A DNA stretch of 64,000 nucleotides from positions 746 to 64,745 of the forward strand of contig CAVBCV010000001.1 in NCBI GenBank assembly GCA_963594125.1, given 5' to 3'. A program made the translations under genes and the position numbers. The notes under the pieces are model-generated. The model was not told where the DNA came from. It worked only from the letters and a program-made list of their open reading frames with translations, and searched no databases. Of this stretch, positions 8,948 to 17,908 are shown piece after piece (within the stretch, counting starts at the first letter, position 1; each line of letters starts with the position of its first letter). Source of the stretch: Lachnospiraceae bacterium. GTDB lineage: Bacteria; Pseudomonadota; Alphaproteobacteria; RF32; CAG-239.

Positions 8948-9073
8948 GGATATTATTTTGCCGCCGGGTAAAGAGTTTGACACTATGTTTTTCTGTCATT
9001 AGGCCTTAGAAGACAGAAAGATTATAGTGTTTTTTGTTTTTAAAACCATACAAATTGAAAGAGGATTAAAATT

Positions 9074-9391
9074 ATGGCATGGATACATTTGTTAATTGCT
9101 GCAATGTTTGAAGTTGGTTGGCCGGTCGGCTTGAAAATGGCAGAAAGCTCCCCGTTTAAGCTGATGTGGCTTGGTTTTGCGGCCATTGCTATGATTTTTA
9201 GCGGTTTATTTTTGTATATGGCGCAAAAAACTATTCCCATCGGCACGGCTTATGCTGTTTGGACCGGTATCGGTGCAACCTGCACTTTTGTTGTCGGAAT
9301 ACTTTTCTTCAATGATACAGTTTCTTTAATTCGTTGTTTAGGAATTATATTTATTATTTTTGGTGTCGCCTGCTTAAAATATGGGCACTAA
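9074..9391 (+). CDS. sugE: Small multidrug resistance (SMR) family transporter, SugE/Gdx-like, 105 aa.
   Basis: The start MAWIHLLIAAMFEVGWPVGLK contains the conserved Glu in TM1, and the protein has four TM helices at the usual SMR size. Confidence 0.8.
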   Translation: MAWIHLLIAAMFEVGWPVGLKMAESSPFKLMWLGFAAIAMIFSGLFLYMAQKTIPIGTAYAVWTGIGATCTFVVGILFFNDTVSLIRCLGIIFIIFGVACLKYGH

Positions 9392-10256
9392 TCATTTATG
9401 ATTAATTTTTAAAGTTGGTATAACTAAATAAATTTGCAGATTTTTTAATTATTTTTATATAGCAAAAAAACAAATCATAAGAAAGGATTATTATCGCTTT
9501 AGGCAGTCAAAGCTCATAGTTGTGATACATCATTATAGAATTGCTTTTTTGCGGTGAAGTTGCTCGGAAATTTTCTAAATAGTGTATTTTTATTTGCAAA
9601 TTGACTTAACCTCTTGTCCTTAAGGGCGAGAAGTTGTAAATAAAAAACATATACACCAAAGGCGAACACCTATTATCTTGATTAAGTGTCATTGATGTCA
9701 CTTAATTGAATAACCTTTAACATGCCGCTGTCAAAGGTTAGGAGAAACACCTACTGAATAAGCAAGAACCTCTTTAACTCCTCGCACGTAAAGGCCTTGC
9801 TGAAATTTGAGGCGTTTTTGATTGATTGGGGCTGGAATTGGCTAAAGTGGTTAGGTCGGCGGCAATGGACTTTATACCGACTGCCGCAGTGCCTGCCGAT
9901 ATAGGACAGCTCTCATGGATAACAGGTTGAAATTTTTACTTTCGTAAAGAAAAGTGTATACTGATTCCGCTAATCAGTTGATTGCTCTGCACCTTTTGAT
10001 TTTATTCTTTTCTGCATAGACTCTGGCGTATATTTACTCAGTGCCCATAAACCAATCCAGAACATTTATGCGCTCAATACCTTTATTCTCTCCACGTCCA
10101 TAATCCAAAGTAAACTTATTTGTTAATTGTATTTAACAAAATTGAAGTTTTGCCATTTTTGTAAAATGAAGTTCAATGTATCAAATCCTATTTCAAACTA
10201 TCCTCAAACAACTTAATTTTCTGCTTAATCGCTTAAAGTATTATAATCTTGCAGGG

Positions 10257-10871
10257 TTACAATAGTTTGTGAATATCATATTCATCATAGCCTTCGTAAT
10301 AATAGCTTACATCAATGCCTTTCATAAAAACTTCGCGTTCATCAATTTTATCAGTTAGAGCATTTTTTAAAAGATGCTTTATTTCAATATCTTTAACAGG
10401 GCTTCTTTCCATTGCTGACAGATAATCATCTTTATCAATTTTATTCCAATCAACAACCCGCTGCAGCTCTTTTTTGAATATTAAATCCAGCCAAATTCTG
10501 GTAGCGCGTCCGTTTCCTTCTCGGAAAGGATGAGCGATATTCATTTCAACATATTTTTCAACAATTTCATCAAAAGTTGATTGCGGCATTTTATCAATAT
10601 GCTTTAAGGATTGCGCCAAAAACATTACCGGAGCAAATCTGAAACTGCCTTTGGATATGTTGACATCGCGCATTTTTCCGGCAAAATCATAAATATCTTC
10701 AAACAAATACTTATGAATCTGTTTTAATCCGGCAAAAGTGCCTACTTTTATTTGATTGATTTTACCACTGTCATAAAGTTTTATCGCTTTTCCTTTGCTT
10801 AGTTTTTCCTCAATCTTATTGAGCTCAATTTGACTAGTGATATTAAATTTGTTTTTTAAGACCATTTTCAA
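10257..10871 (-). CDS. fic: Fic/Doc family protein, a putative AMPylator toxin-like protein, 204 aa.
   Basis: Canonical FIC motif [12 protein letters not shown], with an upstream [21 protein letters not shown] region similar to FicT/VbhT-type Fic proteins. Confidence 0.85.
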   Translation of the reverse strand: MKMVLKNKFNITSQIELNKIEEKLSKGKAIKLYDSGKINQIKVGTFAGLKQIHKYLFEDIYDFAGKMRDVNISKGSFRFAPVMFLAQSLKHIDKMPQSTFDEIVEKYVEMNIAHPFREGNGRATRIWLDLIFKKELQRVVDWNKIDKDDYLSAMERSPVKDIEIKHLLKNALTDKIDEREVFMKGIDVSYYYEGYDEYDIHKLL

Positions 10872-10891
10872 TCCTTTTATCCGGTATTCTA

Positions 10892-10913
10892 AGCCTCCTT
10901 CACGGAGGCTTTT
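10892..10913. other. GC hairpin (gcctcc-ttcac-ggaggc) immediately downstream of the 547-aa ORF stop codon and 40 nt upstream of the Fic start codon. It is flanked by T5 on the + strand, so it may be an intercistronic processing or attenuation element.
   Basis: Inverted repeat seen directly in the sequence. Confidence 0.4.
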
Positions 10914-10918
10914 TAGGC

Positions 10919-12562
10919 TTATCTGCCATTCTGGCGGCGGAGGAGCATTAATTCCATACTGTTTTTGTTATCTCTCATTTGGCTAAACGATGGAGAAATT
11001 CTCGCTATCGTGTCCTGCTGTGGTCGTCCGGACAAAGATCTCAGATATGCGGCTTTGTCCATGTTGGTCTTTTCAGCGGCAGCATTTTGAGTTGCGGGCG
11101 CCGGAGTTTCAGCAACTGAATCGTTCTGAGCAGGCGACGGAGCGGCGGTTTCTGTGTTCGTGTTTTTAGAAGATGTTGACTGAGAACGCTGAGCCCCCGG
11201 TATACCGGTAATTACCGGCTTGTCTAAATCAAGAATTTCTTCATATTGAATTTCTGAAACACGTTCATTTTTTGACCATTTCGGGTAATTGTTCAAATAA
11301 TCTTTCGGCTCTTTTGGTTCGGGAGTTTTTTCCTTTTGGTTTTTTAACAAGTTAGCCATTTTATCCACACACCTTTTAGACAAACTTTTTTCTTCAAATT
11401 CCTTAACTTCTTCCGTCTTTTCAATAGGCATTTTTTCTTGCGGGTTAATCTTTAACAAAGAGTAATAATCAACCCCATTAATATTGTAAATTTGTTTTAA
11501 AGCTGCTTGATAATTTTTTTCATTTTCATTTGGTAGTAATACTCGCTCACCAGGATTTCCTAGAGCTTTATTGAGTTGTAAATTTATAGGCTTTTCTACT
11601 CGCCAATCTCGTTCTGATAGTTTGTCTTTTTGAAGCTCCATTACCTCTTTCAAATCATTAAAATATCTTTTTCGTTGTCCATCGTCCAAATCTTCTATTT
11701 TTTTTGCCTTATAATAACTAAGCGCAAAATCTGCCTGTTTTTTCATTCCATCGGCAATGTATAAGTGTTGCAATAAATTATTATATTGCTCAAAACTCAT
11801 GTTATCTTTAAATGGAAAAGCCTCTAGTTTTTCCATATGTTTAACAATAATGTCTACGTCATTTATTCTCCAATCATCCGGTACTTTCACATCTTCTTTC
11901 ATATATTGTTTAAAATTGACACCGCCGATTGTATAGGCAATGTTTAATTGTTTTTGATATTCCGCCTCATTATCCTTAAAATTTCCTTTACCATATCTCA
12001 AATAATTCTCTGTCATGTCAATATGATTCTTGAAATACCTATCGGCCCATCTATCCATCCACATTTTTTGTGTGCCGTTCATAATCAAGGACATATCTTT
12101 TTCAAAATCTTTGGGGTCAGAACTTAAGGGATTGACCTCGCCTTGTTGCACCGCCTCTTTATAAAAAGAAAACCCATGTGATCTATCAAAAACATTGACA
12201 TCGCCTGTTTTAATATATTCTTCTCTTAAATAAACCAGTTCTGCCATCTTGGCGGAGATTTCATCAGCCATACATAATTTATAATATTGTTCCGAGGAAA
12301 CACTAATGTTTTTAGACTTAAATCCTTTATTAGCATTACTACGATGCTTTTGTTCATGATAGAGGATGCAATCATGGCTATTTTTTTCAAAAAGCCACAT
12401 AAATACATCATCATCATGATAATTCATTGTTATTGTATTTGTAATAGGCGAAAAAAAACCTCCGCTATGATTTCCATACCCTGCAATCGTATCAACTTGA
12501 TAGTCAATTTTTTTCGTCCGAAAGTCGTTCGTTTGCTTTTTAAGGTCATCTGCCAAAGACAT
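10919..12562 (-). CDS. Hypothetical soluble protein of 547 aa with a single HExxH (HEQKH) motif and a low-complexity C-terminal tail rich in S/T/P/A/Q and ending in basic residues. It could be a zincin-like effector.
   Basis: Long ORF whose RBS aggagaag lies in the 22-bp gap after the upstream TerB-like gene. The sequence is YHEQKH at about residue 70, no TM segments, and a C-terminus of ...LLRRQNGR. Confidence 0.55.
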   Translation of the reverse strand: MSLADDLKKQTNDFRTKKIDYQVDTIAGYGNHSGGFFSPITNTITMNYHDDDVFMWLFEKNSHDCILYHEQKHRSNANKGFKSKNISVSSEQYYKLCMADEISAKMAELVYLREEYIKTGDVNVFDRSHGFSFYKEAVQQGEVNPLSSDPKDFEKDMSLIMNGTQKMWMDRWADRYFKNHIDMTENYLRYGKGNFKDNEAEYQKQLNIAYTIGGVNFKQYMKEDVKVPDDWRINDVDIIVKHMEKLEAFPFKDNMSFEQYNNLLQHLYIADGMKKQADFALSYYKAKKIEDLDDGQRKRYFNDLKEVMELQKDKLSERDWRVEKPINLQLNKALGNPGERVLLPNENEKNYQAALKQIYNINGVDYYSLLKINPQEKMPIEKTEEVKEFEEKSLSKRCVDKMANLLKNQKEKTPEPKEPKDYLNNYPKWSKNERVSEIQYEEILDLDKPVITGIPGAQRSQSTSSKNTNTETAAPSPAQNDSVAETPAPATQNAAAEKTNMDKAAYLRSLSGRPQQDTIARISPSFSQMRDNKNSMELMLLRRQNGR

Positions 12563-12584
12563 CTTGCTTCTCCTCTATCAAAAA

Positions 12585-13010
12585 CTATGCGCTTTCCATC
12601 ACTACCGCCGATTTTACCAACCAGGCTTTTCTTTCAAGCACCAATTCATTGATTTGCAAAACTTTTTCAGGTTCAATATTTAATTTTGCGGCAACTTTTT
12701 CAATAAAATTGACTTCTGCATCGCCTAATTCATCATCAACATGCGCCATTGTTAACAACTCACGTATCAGCGCAAGAGCTTTATGGCGGACTTTAATGAT
12801 ATTTGCAATTTCAGGAAGTAAAATATCTTCACCCATGGGAGCATTAATTTCCGCAACTTTGTTTTTGATGTTATAAATATTGACAATTTCATGGATGCAT
12901 TCGCGCTCGCGGTCATCAACACGTCCATCTGATTTTATTAAAAAAATCAGCGCGCGGACAAATGTTACTTTTTCAGACTCGCTTAATTGTTGTATATAAT
13001 CGTCTGCCAT
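12585..13010 (-). CDS. TerB-like (tellurite-resistance TerB family) domain protein, 141 aa.
   Basis: The segment KVTFVRALIFLIKSDGRVDDRERECIHEI and the overall helical composition resemble TerB or the DjlA N-terminal fold. It is the first gene of a three-gene minus-strand operon. Confidence 0.45.
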   Translation of the reverse strand: MADDYIQQLSESEKVTFVRALIFLIKSDGRVDDRERECIHEIVNIYNIKNKVAEINAPMGEDILLPEIANIIKVRHKALALIRELLTMAHVDDELGDAEVNFIEKVAAKLNIEPEKVLQINELVLERKAWLVKSAVVMESA

Positions 13011-13342
13011 TGCTATGCTCCTTTCTGATTAATATATCATAAAATTAGCATTAGTTATGTTAATATAATATTAAATTTTTATACAGCCACGCTTAGCTAT
13101 AAGCTCAATTTTCTGATTCAACAGCTTAAAATCATTAAAATTAGTCCGATAATTGCACAATAAAAGCGCACCATAAAAAGTTAAATTTACCCGCCTATCT
13201 TTAACTTTCTCAAAAAGAAAGTTAAAGATAAACCTATTACATTGAAAATTTTATTTATTGTGGTATAATGGTATTATCGTTTTAATAAGGCGGGTAATAT
13301 GGTTAAAGATAATTTTTTTATTATATAAAACAGGAAGCGAAA

Positions 13343-13948
13343 ATGTTTACAAAAGAAGAAATTCAAGAAGAACTTGATAAACAAAACTGGGAAAAACCTG
13401 AGCTGTTCTGGCAAAACCGCAAGTCTTCTGACGGCAAATATCTGTTATTCAGAGGACATGATGTTATTGATGATGCCTCCACCCAGCGCTACCAAAATGG
13501 AAACGGCAACGAGATTTCACTCATTCATGCTTCTCCCATATTTAAGGCGGTTGTTTCTCCGTGGAAATTTAAGGCAAGTAAGAATTATCAAAATTTTCCG
13601 GCTAATTTAGCTTTTGTTTCTGTTTATACCGGCGGCGCTAATAATAAATTTTATCCTGATGAAACACTGGAGTTTGTTTTAGCAGGCAAAGAAAAAGATA
13701 ACGGGGAAAGAATTGACAACATTACCAACTTTGATGAAAATAAACATTTTGAAACCGCCCTCACAAAAGAAAATAAAAAAATTGCAACATATCTGTACAA
13801 ATTTACTCAGGGCATGAACAAAGACAGCGTTATGATTGCCAAACTTGAAGATGGCTCCAAGCTCATGCGAATGCTGAAAGAAAACCAGAAACAAAAAAGC
13901 AATGCCATGTTTATGTCTATGATTCAAAACAACCAAAAAACATTATGA
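13343..13948 (+). CDS. Hypothetical protein of 201 aa, the first gene of a two-gene operon with the Rcl/metallophosphoesterase fusion.
   Basis: RBS aggaag upstream of the ATG, and a promoter-like TTGAAA-N16-TGgTATAAT at about 13242-13275. I found no recognisable motif; FRGHD and SLIHAS are too weak to call an ADP-ribosyltransferase. Confidence 0.5.
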   Translation: MFTKEEIQEELDKQNWEKPELFWQNRKSSDGKYLLFRGHDVIDDASTQRYQNGNGNEISLIHASPIFKAVVSPWKFKASKNYQNFPANLAFVSVYTGGANNKFYPDETLEFVLAGKEKDNGERIDNITNFDENKHFETALTKENKKIATYLYKFTQGMNKDSVMIAKLEDGSKLMRMLKENQKQKSNAMFMSMIQNNQKTL

Positions 13949-14004
13949 AAATCAATAATTTTGCATTAAAATTTGCTGACAGATAAAACATTATAGGAGT
14001 GTCT

Positions 14005-14979
14005 ATGATTACTTCGCCTCAAAATCTAAAAATAAAGAAAAAATCAATATATGTATTTTGCGCGGGACCGATTCAGGGCGCGCCTAATTGGCAAGTCGCA
14101 ATGCCAAACTGGCCTGATGTTACTTTTATCAATCCACGCCGCGAAAAAATCAGCGCTGATTTTGACTGGAACGAACAGGTTAAATGGGAAACAACAGGCT
14201 TACGCCTCAGTGATTTTATATTGTTTTGGATTCCGGCGGAAATTACTTCTATCGCCGGACGAGATTATGCGCAAACAACCAAAATTGAACTTATGGAAAA
14301 CTTGGTCAGAGGCAAAAACATTGTGCTTGGCATTGATCCTAAAGTACATACGCGGCATTATTTGACTTATAAATATCAGCAATATACCGGCGGACAACCG
14401 GTTTTTGATAATCTGCCGGATTGTTTGTCCGAGTTAAAAAAGCGCATTGATGCTAAAAACAAACGGCATAAAATATTTTTTACCTCAGACACGCATTTTT
14501 CATCTGAACGAGCATTTAGCCTTAGCCGTCGTCCTTTCTTTAGCGTTGAAGAAATGGACTGGTCTATGGTTGAACGATGGAATACCGCTGTTGGAATTAA
14601 TGACGATGTATACCATTTGGGCGATTTCGGTAATATTGAATTTGCGCAGTATTTAAATGGTAAAATTCATTTATTGTTAGGTAACTATGAACGCGATAAA
14701 AAATCATTAATCCCTGAAAATGTTGCGGAAATTATCAGCGATGATATTTATAAACTTAATTATCAAGACTATGAATTTTTATTAGCTCATGAGCCGGTAA
14801 AATTAAGAGAAAAAACCGAGTTTGGCTTATTCGGGCATATTCACAGCCGTCAGCCGGTTAAAAAATACGGATTAGATGTAGGGGTTGACGCTCATTATTT
14901 TACGCCCATTGATATGGAAACGGTTTTGTGGTACAAAAACGCTATTGAAAACTTTTACGACGACAATGTTTTTACATAG
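14005..14979 (+). CDS. Fusion protein of about 324 aa. The N-terminal domain resembles nucleoside 2-deoxyribosyltransferase / Rcl (DNPH1), a dNMP N-glycosidase fold. The C-terminal domain is a calcineurin-like metallophosphoesterase.
   Basis: The N-terminus IYVFCAGPIQGA parallels the Rcl motif VYFCGSIRGG. The C-terminal half carries the metallophosphoesterase motifs DTHFS, HLGDFGN, LLGNYERD and GHIH. I prefer the ATG at 14005 with RBS taggagtg over the GTG at 13999 given by the ORF track. Confidence 0.6.
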   Translation: MITSPQNLKIKKKSIYVFCAGPIQGAPNWQVAMPNWPDVTFINPRREKISADFDWNEQVKWETTGLRLSDFILFWIPAEITSIAGRDYAQTTKIELMENLVRGKNIVLGIDPKVHTRHYLTYKYQQYTGGQPVFDNLPDCLSELKKRIDAKNKRHKIFFTSDTHFSSERAFSLSRRPFFSVEEMDWSMVERWNTAVGINDDVYHLGDFGNIEFAQYLNGKIHLLLGNYERDKKSLIPENVAEIISDDIYKLNYQDYEFLLAHEPVKLREKTEFGLFGHIHSRQPVKKYGLDVGVDAHYFTPIDMETVLWYKNAIENFYDDNVFT

Positions 14980-15340
14980 TGCCACCGGATTGAACAATCT
15001 CATAATCGGCAATTTTGCCCGATTTATCAAAGCCGATGAACAAATTTGTTTCCTCAAAAGTGTAACTATCTTGAAACCACGACATAACCCAACCGATAAG
15101 CGGAATCATCCAATGGTACCTGCCCGCGCCGGATATTTTGCGATATTCATAATATTCTAAGTTGTTTTTCTGAAACACAAGGTTAGGCGTTCCAAATTTT
15201 TCTCTTACTTCAGATTTAGAAGAAACTTCCGTCATTTGGCTTTCAATTCTGACGCGGTTGTCTGCCAATTTGGTATTGCCGATAGTGGTGCTGCAAGAAC
15301 ACAGAATAATCATGGCGGCTATTAATAAAACTTTTTTCAT
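14972..15340 (-). CDS. Predicted lipoprotein of about 122 aa. Function unknown.
   Basis: Signal peptide with lipobox MKKVLLIAAMIILCSCS. The internal ATG at 15340 is preferred over the ORF-track start at 15406. Confidence 0.5.
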   Translation of the reverse strand: MKKVLLIAAMIILCSCSTTIGNTKLADNRVRIESQMTEVSSKSEVREKFGTPNLVFQKNNLEYYEYRKISGAGRYHWMIPLIGWVMSWFQDSYTFEETNLFIGFDKSGKIADYEIVQSGGTM

Positions 15341-15351
15341 ACTAACTGCTC

Positions 15352-15981
15352 CTATTGAACTTTGGCTAATCTGACAACAAAATCTTGCCCAAATTGTTTG
15401 TACCAATCATTTCTCTGATTGCCGGAAATTTCCGCCGATTTATCAATTATGCTGAAAGAATTGGCCTTAACATGCCCGTCTGCCGTTACTTCATTATCGG
15501 TTTTATTGAGCGCAAAGTGCCCGATATAAGTAATTTCTTGCGGACGTACCGTAAAGCGGATTTTGCTGTCGCCCTCATAATGCTCATCGGTTTCTACCAC
15601 GGTACGGGTCACTTGCGTGTTGCCATAGTATTCGGTTGTTGTATAAATGTATTGCAAATAAAGATTGGTTACCTCGTATGTGCCTATCGGCAACATAGCC
15701 GTATCATATTTATTGCCGCCTAAAATGGTGCTCATATAAAAAACTTCATTAGTTTTAACGTTTTTGAAAGCGATAATATCATTATAATTTACACCAAAAA
15801 AGCCATCGTCAGAAACGTTATCAGATAATGAGGTAATAACCACGCCGCGAGCGCCGCTGTTAAACAAAGCCGGACGAAATTGGCGGCTGGCGCGCAACAA
15901 ATCACTCTCATTCGGGGTTTGCGGAAAAGCGCACCCGACAACAGTCAAACAAACAATTAGCATTAAAAACAATTTACGCAT
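15352..15981 (-). CDS. Predicted lipoprotein of 209 aa. Function unknown.
   Basis: Signal peptide MRKLFLMLIVCLTVVGCAF with a lipobox Cys. Confidence 0.5.
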   Translation of the reverse strand: MRKLFLMLIVCLTVVGCAFPQTPNESDLLRASRQFRPALFNSGARGVVITSLSDNVSDDGFFGVNYNDIIAFKNVKTNEVFYMSTILGGNKYDTAMLPIGTYEVTNLYLQYIYTTTEYYGNTQVTRTVVETDEHYEGDSKIRFTVRPQEITYIGHFALNKTDNEVTADGHVKANSFSIIDKSAEISGNQRNDWYKQFGQDFVVRLAKVQ

Positions 15982-16135
15982 TGCCCACTCCTGATAAATA
16001 TCGGCATTTAAATTATTATCAAAACTCTTTATTTTAGCATATACTATAAAAACAAAATGTTATTTTCAACTACAATTTAGTATTTACCACAAATATAAAA
16101 TATATTTTTCTTGCCATATTAAGCATTTAAAAAGT

Positions 16136-17905
16136 TTATTTATTTTGTATTTGCCAGAGGTGTTGAAATTCGCCGGAAGAGGCAAGTAAATCTTTAATAG
16201 CGCCTTGCTCTGCTATTTTACCTTTATCCAAAACAATAATGCGATCCATTTCTTTCAAGGTGGAAAGTCGGTGAGCAATAGCAATGACTGTTTTATTTTT
16301 CATTAAGTTTTTCATACCTTTTTGAATATATTTTTCAGCTTGACTATCTAAAGCTGAGGTTGCCTCGTCTAAAATTAATATCGGCGAATTTTTTAAAATC
16401 GCGCGCGCAATAGCCACACGCTGCCGCTGCCCGCCGGAAAGTTTAACGCCCTTTTCTCCGACTTTGGTTTGGTATCCTTTAGGTAATTGTTTAATAAAAT
16501 CATCGGCATAGGATTTTTGCGCCGCCTTTTCAATATCAGATTGTTTGGCTTGCAATCGTCCATACGCTATATTTTGGCTCACACTGCGATGAAACAGTGA
16601 TGTATCTTGCGGAATAACGGCAATTGCCTCATGCAGGCTGTTTTGTTTGATTTTGGCTATATCTTGTCCGTCTATTAAAATTTGACCGGACTGAATATCA
16701 TACGCGCGTTGCAACAGATTAATGAGCGTGCTTTTACCACTGCCGGAAACACCGACAATCCCGACCTTTTCACCGGCATTTATGGTAAATGACAATTTGT
16801 TAAACACTTTCTTTTTTCCATAGCTGAACTTAACATTTTTAAATTCTATTTTGCCACCCTTTATTTTAAGTTTTTTGGCGTTTTTAACATCAACAACTTC
16901 ATGCTTTAGCACAAATGGCGACATAGCCGCTTGCAGAGCGCCATAGTTGGTATTTAATTCACAGATATTAACTAAAATGCCTGAAAAAGTATTCATAATT
17001 GCATCCATCAGCATTAACACTAATGTTACATCGCCAACGCTGATTTGATTTTGATACCACATCTTGATTAGCAGCAATATACTTCCAGACTCAAATAAAC
17101 ATAGCATAGCTCGTTGAATACGCAGCCCGTTATGAAACGTATTTGTAGCGGACAAACGCGCGTTTGTGCATTTATCAAATATTCTTTTTACAAAGGAAAT
17201 TTCATAATCTTCACTACCGCCTGCTTTTATGTTCAAAGAATTACTTATACTATCGGCCACCACGCCGTTAAAATCATCAAGCATATCATTAGCGTTTTTA
17301 TGTAAAGCGCGCAGTTTAAAGCTGATTTTATAAGAGGCAACAGCGGATATTGAGCCAAAAACAAAAACTAAAAGCAAAAACCACAGGCTGACCCGTCCGA
17401 TAAAATAAAAATTAAGCAAAACAAAGAAAAAGGCGCTGTAAAACCGCGAAATATTTCTATGCAATTCCGTAGTTTTGTTTGAGCAGTTAAGTGTTTTTTG
17501 TGAAAGTTGTCCGGATTTTTGCGATGAAAAATAATTTTCAGAGTGTTTGGCTAAATAATCTACCGCAAACAACTTTATTTTAGCATCCATAAAATTCCGC
17601 ACATTGTTTTCTTCAATCAGCTCGCGCACCATTCTGAAAACAGACTGCCCGACATACGCAAAAAATATCGCTATTAAAAACCACCCTGTTTTACGCCAAG
17701 AAAGCTCCTGCGGCGTAATTAAAGCAAAATACTCTATCATCTTTGAGAAAAATACCGGAACATAAACTTTAGAAATCTGCAAAGCAAACGCTAATACCAC
17801 ACCGGCAACCGCCCATTTGCGGGCACCGTATAACGCCTCCCACATAAACAACAGCGGATTTTTTGATATTTTGCGCATATTCGGGATTTTTTCAAAAGAC
17901 TTCAT
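16136..17905 (-). CDS. ABC exporter with fused permease and ATPase, MsbA/ABCB-type half transporter, 589 aa.
   Basis: Six-helix N-terminal transmembrane domain, then a nucleotide-binding domain with Walker A GVSGSGKST, the signature LSGGQRQRVAIARA and Walker B ILILDEATSALD. Confidence 0.85.
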   Translation of the reverse strand: MKSFEKIPNMRKISKNPLLFMWEALYGARKWAVAGVVLAFALQISKVYVPVFFSKMIEYFALITPQELSWRKTGWFLIAIFFAYVGQSVFRMVRELIEENNVRNFMDAKIKLFAVDYLAKHSENYFSSQKSGQLSQKTLNCSNKTTELHRNISRFYSAFFFVLLNFYFIGRVSLWFLLLVFVFGSISAVASYKISFKLRALHKNANDMLDDFNGVVADSISNSLNIKAGGSEDYEISFVKRIFDKCTNARLSATNTFHNGLRIQRAMLCLFESGSILLLIKMWYQNQISVGDVTLVLMLMDAIMNTFSGILVNICELNTNYGALQAAMSPFVLKHEVVDVKNAKKLKIKGGKIEFKNVKFSYGKKKVFNKLSFTINAGEKVGIVGVSGSGKSTLINLLQRAYDIQSGQILIDGQDIAKIKQNSLHEAIAVIPQDTSLFHRSVSQNIAYGRLQAKQSDIEKAAQKSYADDFIKQLPKGYQTKVGEKGVKLSGGQRQRVAIARAILKNSPILILDEATSALDSQAEKYIQKGMKNLMKNKTVIAIAHRLSTLKEMDRIIVLDKGKIAEQGAIKDLLASSGEFQHLWQIQNK

Positions 17906-17908
17906 AAC

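Noticed and set aside
8948-9073. Guanidine riboswitch upstream of the SMR gene
   Set aside because: I could not find the paired ACGR-loop hairpins of mini-ykkC or the ykkC/guanidine-III consensus. Only a generic hairpin is present.
9074-9391. SMR gene as evidence of an antibiotic-resistance island
   Set aside because: SugE/Gdx-type SMR proteins are common chromosomal guanidinium or QAC exporters. On its own the gene does not indicate acquired resistance.
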